This document shows, in pieces, positions 51,542 to 64,000 of a stretch of DNA of 64,000 nt; the stretch's first letter is position 1; each line of letters begins with the position of its first letter. The position numbers and the translations under genes were made by a program. This stretch comes from Anaeramoeba ignava BMAN (taxonomy: Eukaryota; Protista; Anaeramoebae): assembly GCA_028826165.1 (NCBI GenBank), contig JAPDFW010000139.1:57309-121308 (forward strand). Direction: 5' to 3'. Below the pieces are notes generated by a model. It made no database searches and was not told the origin of the DNA. It worked only from the letters and a program-made list of their open reading frames with translations.

Positions 51542-53082
51542 TTATTTTATTCCAACAATATTTTTTAAGAATTCTTCTTCATCAATTTCTTGATCTTTTT
51601 TTCTTTTGATTCTTTTTTTCTTTTGATTTTGATTTTGATTTTGATTTTGATTTTGATTTTGATTTTGATTTTGATTTTCAAATTCATTTTCAAATTTATT
51701 TTGATTTTCATTTTCAATTCTCTTCTTTTGTTTTCTTGATCTTTCAATATTTTTTAAAAACATTTCATCTTCTTTTTTTGCTTGTGAAATTTCTTGTTGA
51801 AGTATATTTTTATGTTCAATTTTTTCCATATGATCTTGTGCATGAATATCATTCCATTTGAATTTAGGTAAATATTTAATACACCAAATATCATCTCGAA
51901 AATATGCTCTTCTTGGTCCTCCTAAATAAAATTTTGAATTTGATTTTGATTTTGATTTTGATTTTGATTTTGATTTTGATTTTGATTTTGATTTTGAATT
52001 TGATTTTGATTTTGATTTTTATTTTGATTTATATTTTGATTTATATTTTGATTTTGATTTTGATTTTGATTTTTATTTTGATTTTGATTTTGATTTTGAT
52101 TTTGATTTTGATTTTGATTTTGATTTTGATTTTGATTTTGATTTTGATTTTGATTTTGATTTTGATTTTGATTTAGATTTATATTTTGATTTTGATTTTG
52201 ATTTTGATTTTGATTTTGATTTTGATTTTGAATTTGATTTTTATTTTTATTTTGATTTTGATTTTGATTTTGATTTTGAATTTAATTTTAATTTTAATTC
52301 ATATTGATTTTGATTTTGATTTTGATTTTGATTTATATTTTGATTTTGATTTTGATTTTGATTTTGAATTTGATTTTGAATTTGATTTTGATTTATATTT
52401 TGATTTTGATTTTGATTTTGATTTTGATTTATATTTTGATTTTGATTTTGAATTTGATTTTGATTTTGATTTTGATTTTGATTTTGATTTATATTTTGAT
52501 TTTGAATTTGATTTTGATTTATATTTTGATTTTGATTTTGATTTTGATTTTGATTTTGATTTTGATTTTGAATTTGATTTTGATTTTGATTTTGATTTTG
52601 ATTTTGATTTTGATTTTGATTTATATTTTGATTTTAATTTTTACCTATTGGTGTATTATTTAAAGATTCCGCAACTCTTTTTGCAATTTTCTTATCATAA
52701 AATTCAACCCAACCTTCTTCATAATTTCTTTTTCTATTTCCACCTTTTTTTGTTCTATTTTTTCTAGATTGTTTACCTTTTTAAATTGAAAAAAAGAATT
52801 TTAAATTGAAAAAAAGAATTTTAAATTGAAATATTTTGATATTTTACTTTCAGGAACAAGAAAAACACGACCAATTTTTCCATATTGTTGAAAAAGTTGT
52901 CTAATTTTAACTGGTTTCATAAAAGGTGGAATTTTAGAAAGATAAATAACTCCAAATTTTTTATATTTTTTTTTAAATGATGAAATTCCTTTTTCTGTAA
53001 TTGGTAGTTTTTTTTGTTTCAATTCTTTTATTTCAGTTTGTTTTTTTTCTTCATTATCTATATCAAAATCTTGGAAATGCAT
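51542..53082 (-). CDS. ESF2: Pre-rRNA processing factor ESF2 / ABT1, 3 exons
   Basis: Exons 53082-52848, 52776-52645, 51921-51542. Motifs [51 protein letters not shown]. Confidence 0.92.
51930..52640. repeat. Intronic (TTTTGA)n microsatellite
   Basis: Direct inspection. Confidence 0.9.
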
Positions 53083-53149
53083 TTCGAAAAAAATGAAAAA
53101 AATAAAATGAAAAAAATGAAAAAAGAAAAATATTTTGAATTTATTTTCT

Positions 53150-54130
53150 AAATAAAGTAATATATGTATTTAAACATTTAATTATATTTAAAATTATAAT
53201 TTTAAAATAATTTATTTATTAATTAATTTATTAAAGTTATTAAATTTATTTATATTTTTATATTAAATTAATTTCAATTTTTGATTAATAATATATATTA
53301 AATAAATAAAGTAAAATATATATTTAAACATTTAATTAAATTTTAAAATTATAATTTTAAAATAATTTATTAATTAATTAATTTATTAAAGTTATTAAAT
53401 TTATTTATATTTTTAGATTAAATTAATTTCAATTTTTAATTAATAATATATATTAAATAAATAAAAGTAAAATATATATCTAAACATTTAATTAAATTTT
53501 AAAATTATATTTTTAAAATAATTTATTAATTAATTAATTTATTAAAGTTATTAAATTTATTTATATTTTTAGATTAAATTAATTTCAATTTTTGATTAAT
53601 AATATATATTAAATAAATAAAGTAAAATATATATTTAAACATTTAATTTAATTTTAAATTATAATTTTAAAATAATTTATTAATTAATTAATTTATTAAA
53701 GTTATTAAATTTATTAATATTTTTATATTAAATTAATTTCAATTTTTAATTAATAATATATATTAAATAAATAAAGTAATATATATATTCAAACATTTAA
53801 TTATAATATAAATTATAATTCTAAAATAATTTATTAATTAATTAATTTATTAAAGTTATTAAATTTATTTATATTTTTAGATTAAATTAATTTCAATTTT
53901 TGATTAATAATATATATTAAATAAATAAAGTAAAATATATATTTAAACATTTAATTATATTTAAAATTATAATTTTAAAATAATTTATTTATTAATTAAT
54001 TTATTAAAGTTATTAAATTTATTTATATTTTTATATTAAATTAATTCCAATTTTTGATTAATAATATATATTAAATAAATAAAGTAAAATATGTATTTAA
54101 ACATTTAATTAAATTTTAAATTATAATTTA
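53150..54130. repeat. ~155-bp AT-rich tandem satellite, ~6.4 copies
   Basis: The aaataaagtaa landmark recurs at about 53151, 53305, 53461, 53616, 53770, 53925, 54077. Confidence 0.92.
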
Positions 54131-54256
54131 AAAAAGAAATATATTTTTCCATTTTTTTTTGCTTTTCATTTTTCCTTTTTAAAAATTATTTTTTTCCCTT
54201 TTTTTGCTTTTCATTTTTTTTTTCAAATTTATTTTATTCAAAAAAATATAACAAAA

Positions 54257-57200
54257 ATGAATTTATCAAACAACACAAAATATTTTATAAAAGTTTTTCT
54301 TTATTATACAAAAGAAAAAGAAAAAGAAATACCTATAAAAATGTCTTTAAAATACAAAGATCGATATTATGATATTTATAAATCAAAATCAATTAATAAT
54401 GTTTGGTTTGGTTCTTTTAAAGGAATAAATGATTTAAAACGAAATGAATACAAGGAAGTTGAGGATAACATTTCAAATAATATTTTTCGTATCCAATTTA
54501 ATTGTGAAATTGAAATAACTTTATCAAAAAATGTTTTTTCAAAAGAAGTTTTTTTGATTTCGGATCAAATTGAAAATCAAAATCAAGGCCCATCAAGAAA
54601 ACCTCAAATAAAAAAGGAAAGGAGACCTACCAATGAAGAAGAAAAAGAATATCAAAATCAAAATCAAATTCAAATTCAAATTCAAAATCAAATTCAAAAT
54701 CAAATTCAAAATCAAAATCAAAATCAAAATCAAAATCAAAATCAAAATCAAAATCAAAATCAAAATCAAAATCAAAATCAAAATATAAATCAAAATCAAA
54801 ATCAAAATATATTATTCTTTTATGGAGTTATTTATCAAAAATCAAAAAAGAACATTTCTATAAATAAAGAAATGATTGTTGATCTTTTACAAACATTTTT
54901 TATCAACGAAATAATGCAAAGTTCTTTAAATACACAACAAATAATTATTAATTATTATAAAGGAACTGATTCCTTATTGAAAAATCAGTTTCTTATAAAA
55001 GGTGAAAAGCAAAATCTCAATTTAAAAATTAATGAAATTGTGAAGATGCTTTATGAAAAATTTTTTGAAAAAGATGAAAATATTATAAATTCTTTCTCAA
55101 AAGAAACTATATTTTGTTATTTACTATTATCAAAATTTCACAATCCTTTTACTCAATATATATTCAATTTTTTAGAAAAATCTCCTCAAAAAATGAAAGA
55201 ATTATCTCAAATAGTTGAAGAAGTTTCTGGTAATACTCAAGAGATTAGTAAAGTTAAGACAAATTTTTACAAATTGTTTAACGTTTTCAAAGAATCAAAT
55301 TCAAATAATATTCTGTTCTTTCTTCCTTTATTTATTACATTATTTGAAGAAAAAGATTGGAAAACAATTTCACAAAATTATGATACAAAAAAACTTACAA
55401 ACGATATAAATATTTTGATTCAAGAATATTTAGATTCTGAAAAGACTATTTTCTTATTTTTATCAAAATTAGTTGATCCTATATTTTTTCCAAAATATGA
55501 AGATATTCTTGTTAAGATTATAAAAGATTTTTTAAAAGAAAAAAAAGATAATTTACTGGAATATTTGATTATAAAAGATTTTTCATTAGCTTTTTTGCTT
55601 ATTCGAAAAATGAAATTTCAAAATTTATTTGAATATTTTGATACTTTTGATAAAATTTATCGAAGAACAAAAAAAATACTCGAAATTCTAAAAGAAAATT
55701 CAAATCAAATTCAAAACCAAATCCAAATAATAAAAATAAATGAATATATATCTTCTCTTGAATTAATAATTATTGAAAATATTCAAAGAAATAATTTTCC
55801 TTATAACGCAACTCCTATTGAATGTTTAAATATAATCAACGATCCAAAAATATTAAACTATTTATCAAGTTTTGAAACATTCTTATCTAAATATATCAAA
55901 GATTTTATTCAAGAAAAATATAAATTAATTTTAAAAGAAAAAGAAAATTTGAAAGAAAAAGAAATTCCTTTACGAATACATATTTTATATTGGGAATCAC
56001 TTATTGGAGATAATTTTCCTAATGAAAAACAAACTTTCATTTTATTTTTAAAAAATATTTCTCAAGAAAATCAAGATTCATGGATTTCATTATTAAAGTT
56101 ATTTAAGTATTTCCAGGAAAAGGGAATTGAAAAGGAAAATGAAATTGAATTTGAATTTTTCCAAAAAATTCAAAAATATGATAAAGAAATTCAATATTCA
56201 TTTCAAAAAATAGATAAAATTGAAATAGATTTTTCAATATTAGAAGAAACATTTAAACAAAAATATTTCTTTTCAAATATTTGGGATTTATATTCAAAAA
56301 TTTCATTTCAAAAAATTGAACGACTTTATCAAGAATTATTCCAAAGAAAAACTGTTTTATCAAAACTAAACAAAAATATAGTTTGGAATCATTTCGAAAA
56401 TTATCCAAAAATTCCCAAAGTTTTAGCAAATTTTAATTCAAAAAACATCAAAGATCTCAAATTATCAATTAAGGAATTAGGAATCAATTTTGGCTTATTC
56501 CAACAAATTTTGAAATTTCAAAAAAGTGAAATCTTTATTAATTATATTTGGATTCCAAAATTGAAATTAAAATTAAAATCAAAATCATTATCAAAATCAT
56601 TACAAAATCAAAAACCAAAATTAAATTTAAACCCTTTATCAATTTCAAATCAAAATCAAAATCAAAATCAAAACCAAAACCAAAAAAAATTATCAATGAA
56701 TAATTTTCATAAAATATTAAAAGAAATGATAAACAAAAGAAATGAAATTTTATTTGAAATTACAGATCAAAAAATTAAATTAAGTCAACTTGATAAATTT
56801 TTCCCTTTAGAAAAAGGAATAGATTGGATAAATAATGAATTAAAAATATTTTTAGAAGAATCTCAAAATGAAAAATCAGAGAATAATATTCTACAGTTAT
56901 CAAATCAAATCCAAAATTTCCATGAATATAACAAAAACTTCAAAAAAATTCCAAAATGGAAATATCAATTTTTTTCATATTTTAAATTTCAAAATGAAGA
57001 TTATACAAAATTTTTCCAAGAATCTTGGCAAAAAAATCAAAAATTACAAGATTTATCTAAATTAAATGGAATATTAAAAGAATTGAACGAAATTCCTTCT
57101 AATATTTTCTTTTCTCAACAAAATATTCTAAATTTAATCCCAAATATTATTTCTCTTTCCAAAAAATTTCAAAATGAAAAAAAGTTCGATAAGTTCATCG

Positions 57201-60200
57201 AAAAATCTATTCATTTTAAAAAAATGAAAAATATAATCAAAAATTTAAGAAAAAGAATGAAAGAATACATTTTAATTCAAGAAAGTTTTGAATCTTTCCA
57301 AAATTTGATTCAAATTATCAAAAAATCTGAAGAAAATCAAAAACCTTGGCAATTTAGTGAAAATGATACTCAAGAATTAATTAATTTTTTTCCAAAAGAT
57401 AATTCAAATTTTAAAAAGAAAATATTAAATAATTTATCTGAAATTTTTGGAAAAAAAAATATGCTCTTTCAATTTAATTATTTACCAAAAAATGAATTAA
57501 TATTCTCTTGTCAAAATAAGGAGAATACTTATAAAACATTCAATTTTGATAATTTCCTTCAAATTAAAATCATTTCTCAAAATATAAAACAAAATGAACT
57601 TTTCTCAGAAAATGATCCAATACAAAAATATTTGAATTTATTCCAAAAAATTTTTCCAATAATCAAGAAAATGTTCAAAACTTGTGTTGAATTAAAGAAA
57701 CTTTATATTATTGAATCAAATAATCAATATGAAAAAGTTATTGAATATTCTTCAATAAATGAATCAGATAAATTTAAAAATGAATTGATCAAAAACGAAA
57801 AAGAACTTTCTCAAAAATTATTAAATTGGAAAAAAGAAAAAGATTTAATCAAACAAAATCATTTCGTTTATTCATTTTTTTCTCAAGAACAGCTTTTTGA
57901 AATTATGAATCTCTGTTTTTCAACATCTCTTCAAAATAACCATAATTTATTTCTTCTTCTTCGTTTATTTAATCCAAATTTAACTCATGAAGATTTAATA
58001 GAATTTAGAATTAATATTATTCCTGAATTTGATCCTTCAACTAATTTAAAAAATTTTATTGAACAATTAAGCAATTTAATTTCATTTAAAAATTCAATTC
58101 AACAAAGATTAATACAATTTAAAAAGGAAATTCAAAAATAACAAACAAATTTAATCATTTATTCAAAAATGAAAAATCAGTTCAAAATTCAAAAATTTTC
58201 TTTTACAAAATTGATAAAAAAATTCAAGTTTATGAAATATTAACAAGTTTATATTTTGGATATTGTAATCATTTACCATTAAAAGAAAATGTTCTGATTT
58301 GTAATTCAAAAAATACAAATCAATCTGATATTGAAAATTTCTTCAATATTTATAAATTTTATAATCAAGAAAAACCAAAAATTAATCACAAAAAACATTT
58401 ATTTTCAATTTTACATGTTCAAAAATTATCTCAACTTTGTTCAAATTTTTTAATTCAGAAAATTCAACAAATTTCTTTTGAAACTCATTTTCCATTAATC
58501 ATTTTCTTTTATCAAAAAGATAATTATCAAATTCCAAATATTGTTTCTCATTTCCCTAATTTTTTGATTTCAGAAAAAATTGAATCAATACCAGAAGAAG
58601 ATTTAAAATCAATTTTCAAAAACCATTTCAAAAATTATAAGAGAATTAAATTATTTACTTCTAAAATTCCAGGAATGGGAAAAACTCATCAAATTCGTAA
58701 ATATTTTTATGAAAAATATAATCAAGATCAAAATCAAGAAAACAAAGCAATTTATTTATATATCAAAATTTCAAAAGGAACAAAATCAGAAATTATTCAA
58801 GAAATTAATCAAATTTTAAACAAAAATTCAATTAATTTCCAAAACAAAATTAAATTTCTTCATATTGATTTAACTTTCTCTCCTATTTTAGAAACTTTGG
58901 ATTTTCTTTGGGAATTATCAATGTGGAATTCATTTGAAGATGAAAGAAAATTAGAAAATAATTTAATTTGGATTTTTGATGATTCTTTTAAAATTGTTTT
59001 TGAAATTCCAAGTTATATTAAATCAAGTTCAGAAAATGGTTTAAATAATTTTCCTCCATTAAAATATTTTAAAGAAAAAGAATGTAAAATGAACTCTGAT
59101 AATTTTTCCTTTTCTTCTTATCCAATATTAAATTTTCAAATTGAAAAAGAAGAAAATCCAGAATTAAAAAAAATTGCCAATTTAATTCAATCAAATCGAA
59201 ATCATTTAAAAGAATATAAAAATACAAATGGACTAACACAAATTACCAATAGTTTAAATCAAGAACCAAATTCAAAAGAATATTTCAATTTATTATTAAA
59301 TCAATTTGAAAACAATTTACAAACCAAATTTATAAGTTTTAGAACTTTTTCAAATTTCCAATATTTAATGAAAAATTTACTTCAATATTTTATGTGGTTA
59401 TTATTTAACAAAGATGAAATTATTCAAAAAAATTTTGAAAATGATTCAGAAAAATATTATTATTTTTTAAATCAAATTATAACAAATTGTTTAAATTTTA
59501 ATATTGAACTTGCTTCTCCTTTTTTTCATTTTAATTCAAATTTAGAAAATTCAAATAATTTAGAAGAATTTTCAAAATTATTGAAAAACAAAATTGAATG
59601 GAAAAAAAGAAATTTATCTTTTCCAATTCTTTTCAGTAAAAAAATAAACAACAATCAAGAAGGTGGATATAAATTATTTCTTATAAGTAATTCCGAAATC
59701 AAACAATTATTTCAAAATGATTTAAATTTTGATAATCAAAATATTATAATTTTCCATGAAAAATTAAAAAATGAAACAAAAATTGAAATTAAAATGAAAG
59801 ATATTTTACAAATTTTTAATTCATTAATTCCAAAATCATTTGAAATAACAAATGAAATTATTCAAAATTATGAAGAAAATCAAAAAAAAAGAGGAAATTT
59901 TCTTACATCAGAAAATTTATTCAAAATGATTTATATTCAATTCAAATTATGGGCAAAAATACCAGTAATTATTAATGGAGGAAATGAATATGAAAAGTTA
60001 TTATTAATTACATATTTAATAGAAGATATTTTGAATCAACCATTAATCATTTTCAATGTTAATTTTCAAACCAAAAAAGAAGAAATTATTCAAGAAATTC
60101 AAGAAATTCAAAACCAAAATACAAATCCAATTGATCATATTAATATTTATTTTCATGAATTCAATAAAGGATCAAAAGAATCTATATCATTAATCAAAGA

Positions 60201-63200
60201 AATTTTATTAAATAGATCAATTAATGGGAAAAATTTACAAGGAAATGTTCATTTATTAGCTTCTCTTAAATCTTTTTCATCTAATCAATTTGAAAGAAAT
60301 GAAAAAACACAATTTATTTCACAATATCAATTAATTTCTGATTCATTTTATGAAGATATTTATGATTTTGGAAAATTAACAAAAATTTCAAAAAAGAAAT
60401 ATATTTTATCAATACTTCATCAATTATTTCAACAAAAAGAGAATCTCCAAAATTTCTTTTAATTCAAAAAATCTCAATAGAAAGTGAATCACAAATTATT
60501 TTAAAATTAATTTGTTTTTCAAGAGAATTAACTCAAAAACTTCAAATTGAAACAAAATCAAAATCAATAATATTTTCAAATGAATATTTTGAATCATTTC
60601 AAGATGTTTTTTAATTTTTCAAGAATTTTTAATTGGTTAATATCAAGTAAAATAGCTCAAAAATTGATAAAAGAAAATGAAATATCAACTCAAATTACTT
60701 CATCTATTTTATTATCTTTATTTATTGTTTATGTTTTCAAGTTTAAATGAAGGAAAAAGAAAAAGAATTTTTATTAAAATTTGAACAAAAGCAACAAAAA
60801 TTGAAAAGAATGAAAAATTAAGATGAATATTGAAACAAATTTTTATAAAATTTCAGAAAATTTAATTCAAAATATGGAGAATTATTTATCAGAAAATAAT
60901 ATTGCCAAAACTAAATCATTTAAAGAAAATGTTTTATTAATATTCATTTCATTTTTACTCGAATACCTTTATTTATAATTGGAAATTCAGGTAAATAATA
61001 ATATTAATAATATAATTTACAATTAAAAAATTATTAATTTTTATTTTTATTTTTAGGAACTTCAAAATCAACATCTCTTAAATTCATTTTAAAATTATTT
61101 AATGAAAATGAAAATGAATTAAATCTTCCAAATTTACAAATTAACAAAATTGAATGTTCTCAAATTTTATCACCAATTCAACTTCATAATCAATTTAACA
61201 ATTCAGAAAAATTATTTCAAAATTATAAAAAAGAAATTATTCCAATTATCATTTTAAAAGAATTTACAAATTTAAAAGATAAAACCTTAATGACTCTTAA
61301 TTTAGAAATTGAAAAAATTCAAAAAGATATTCAATTAACAAAATTAGAATCATTTTTAACAAAACCTTCATTAATTTTATTTTCAAATCAATTCTCAAAA
61401 ATGAATTACATTTCAACAGGAATTATTTTAAATAATGAACTTCCAAATGAAACTGAATTAGAATCAATAACAAAAGAAATTTTAAATTCATTTCCAAGAG
61501 AATCACCAGAATATTATTTCAAATATTTTGTTAAAATATTTAATGGAATTTGTCAAAATCAAAAAATTTTAATCTCAAAACAAACAAATTTAATCAAAAT
61601 TCAAGAAAAACTTAACAAAAACTTTTATGGGATTTATGATTATTATTTTTTCCTTAATAATATTGGATTTTATTTCTCAAAAAATAATTATTCAATTTTT
61701 TCAGATATTCTATTTAATTCTCTTTATAGAAATTTTGGAATTAGAGGAAAAATATTGAAAGAAGTTTTAAAATTAAATCAAATTGATGGTTTTGAAATAA
61801 TTCCCAAATTTGATTTAGAAAAATTAATAACAGAAAATCTTTATAAAACAAAATTACAAGAAGAATCAGATCAATCATATTTTGAATTTATGAAAACATC
61901 TCGTTATTTAATGCTAATTATTTCACACATTTCAATTTTTTCAATTATTTATCAAAAATATTTCCCAGATTCAATTGTTATTTTTGATAAAGATTTATTA
62001 TTATTATTTGATAAATCATTAAATATTTCTACAATCCCAAAAGAAGAAAAAATTAAAGAAAAATTATTTAATATTGAATATTGTATTTCTGAAGGGAAAA
62101 TATTAGTGATTTTTGATTATCAAAAAATATATCCATTTTTAAACAATTTACTCAATCAAGATTTTGATGAAGAAAATGGGAAATTTTATACAAAAATTCA
62201 ATTTTATAATGAGGAAAGAAAAGTATTTATCAATCCAAAATTTAGATTAGTATTAGTTACAATAAAAGAAAATGATTACGAATTCAAAGAACAAAATTTA
62301 TTAAATCATTTTGAAAAACATTTTATTGATGGATCAACAACTTCTTCTTCTTCTTTAAATTCCTTTTTTATTCTTTTTCTTTTATCCAAAAAGAGCAAAT
62401 TTCCTCAAGAAAATTAATAAATTTTTGATCCAATTGAAACTATTACACGAAACAAAATTCAAACAAAAGATTTAATTTTTTGGATTTAATGAAAATTTAT
62501 TCATTTCTTTGATTTTAAAGTTAAATTCAAATTTAAATGAAAAATAATGAAGAAAACAATATTTCAACTTTGTAAATTCTATAAAATGAATGAAGTTAAA
62601 CAATTTATATCAAAATCAAAACCAAAAATCAAAAATTTAGAAGAAAAACTAATAATATTTTAAATGATTATTTTTCTTCTTCATTCAAAAAGTTTTGATG
62701 AATTATTTAATCAAGAAATTATTGGAAACAAAATTCAAAAATTCAATAATTTTTACAACAAGTTTTGAAACAAAAATGAAAATAAATCAAGAAAAATACA
62801 AAATTATTCTATCCAAGATATCAATATTCAATCAGAAAAAGTGATAGAAATTATAAAATCTTCAATCAAAAATAGGAAATCAATACTTTCTATTCATTTT
62901 CAACAAAATGAAATTGAATTATTTTTCAAAATTAAATTTTTATTGAACAAAATTTAAATCAAAAATTATATAATTATCTTTATTCATTTATCTCCTCAAT
63001 TTGAAATGAAAGATTTCCCGTTTTATTTTGAAAAGAATTGGGAATATTATTATATTGAAAAACTTTATCCAAAAACATCTTTACCTCTTATAAATGATTT
63101 AAAATTTAATCATAAAATTGATACAATTAATGATTCTGAAAAAGAAAATAAAAATGAAAAGAAATTTATCGAAAACTTTGAAAAATATCCATTTCAAGAA

Positions 63201-64000
63201 ATATAGATTTTACAAGGAAAATTTATTCAAACAACAAAATTTATTGAAATGAATTATTTTCATCAAAAATGAAATTAACTTTTCACAAAAATCAAGAGAA
63301 AAATGATTGAATTGGGAATTAAAAACAAATCATTTCTTATTTGATTCTGAAATTAAAAATATAATTCAACAAAAAATGAAAATCAAAAAATGAAAAAATG
63401 AAATATATATTTCTCCTTCTTTATATGATAAATTTATTCAAATGATACTTGTTATTATTGAATATTTTTCAAGAATATTAATCAAAATGAAAATTTTAAA
63501 ATTATTAGTTTCAGATCAAAAACTATAAATAATATGTGGAAAATTTTTAATAAGTTTGAAATTCCTTGCTTTGAAATTGAAATTGAAAATCAAAATAACA
63601 AAATTATTGAACTTGATATTCCTTTATATCAATAATTTATTCAATAATTCAACAATATCAAACAATTTCAGAACAAAAATATCATTTTCTGAATTTATTC
63701 AAATTCCTTTTAATGATAAAAGAAATAAGAAAAATTTTAAAAAGAAAAATAAATGAAGAAATTATTGGAAAGATATTATTAGATTTTATCAAACTATCTT
63801 TTAATCAACAACAACAAAATTTTTTAAATTCGTTTAAAATTGAATTTTTGATAAAATGGGTTCAAAATTATAAATCAAAAATTCAAATTTAGAAGATATT
63901 TTTTTATGGAAATTTACAAAATTTATTTTGGAAAAATTCTATCAAAATTTAATAATTTAATTGAAATTGATTCATATGTTAAAATTATTTCTGAAATGAA
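54257..64000 (+). CDS. RNF213/mysterin-like giant multi-AAA+ protein, broken by several frameshifts (assembly errors or pseudogene); runs off the window end
   Basis: Motifs FTSKIPGMGKT, LTSENLFKMIYI..KIPVIINGG, SLIKEILLNRSING, NIAKTKSFKENV...RIPLFIIGNSGTSKS (across intron 60991-61056), SRYLMLI and LNNLLNQ follow the order of RNF213 AAA modules. Frame breaks near 58140, 60460, 60600-60840 and beyond 62400. Confidence 0.7.

Noticed and set aside
24614-52767. [18 protein letters not shown] and IKIKIK ORFs
   Set aside because: Translations of intronic hexamer microsatellites bounded by GT-AG sites.
1-64000. Alternative genetic code (TAA/TAG read-through) to explain the internal stops
   Set aside because: Conserved genes end at TAA/TGA at expected positions and have no in-frame stops; the breaks are confined to repetitive or homopolymer-rich genes.
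1-64000. tRNA, rRNA or transposon features
   Set aside because: No recognisable structured RNA, transposase, RT or terminal repeats seen by eye; a covariance-model search would be needed to exclude small RNAs.

Overview
Very AT-rich, gene-dense eukaryotic (protist-like) DNA with GT-AG spliceosomal introns, standard genetic code, tiny intergenic gaps and introns swollen by private micro/minisatellites. The style is reminiscent of metamonad amoebae such as Anaeramoeba, but this is an untested impression. About 16 genes were reconstructed by hand: a giant multi-SH3 protein, TMCO1, an ankyrin-BTB protein, TOR, a BRSK/SNF1-related kinase, PS synthase, a bacterial-like crotonase, two hypotheticals, TRIM37-like, cornichon, UNC-50, a 4-TM protein, PTEN, ESF2/ABT1 and a frameshifted RNF213-like giant. 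The main discovery is in the ankyrin-BTB gene (10208-14827). Each ankyrin repeat core is its own phase-0 exon, and the variable beta-turn residues (the 'xx' of D-x-x-G) are encoded by separate single-codon (3-nt) microexons: nine in all, two per junction except one at the last. Other signals include an apparently missing catalytic exon in the crotonase, GC-rich exon interiors in TOR, two ~142/155-bp satellites at divergent gene pairs, and a strand-oriented TTTTCATTTT motif upstream of most start codons. All gene models are manual and lack transcript support.
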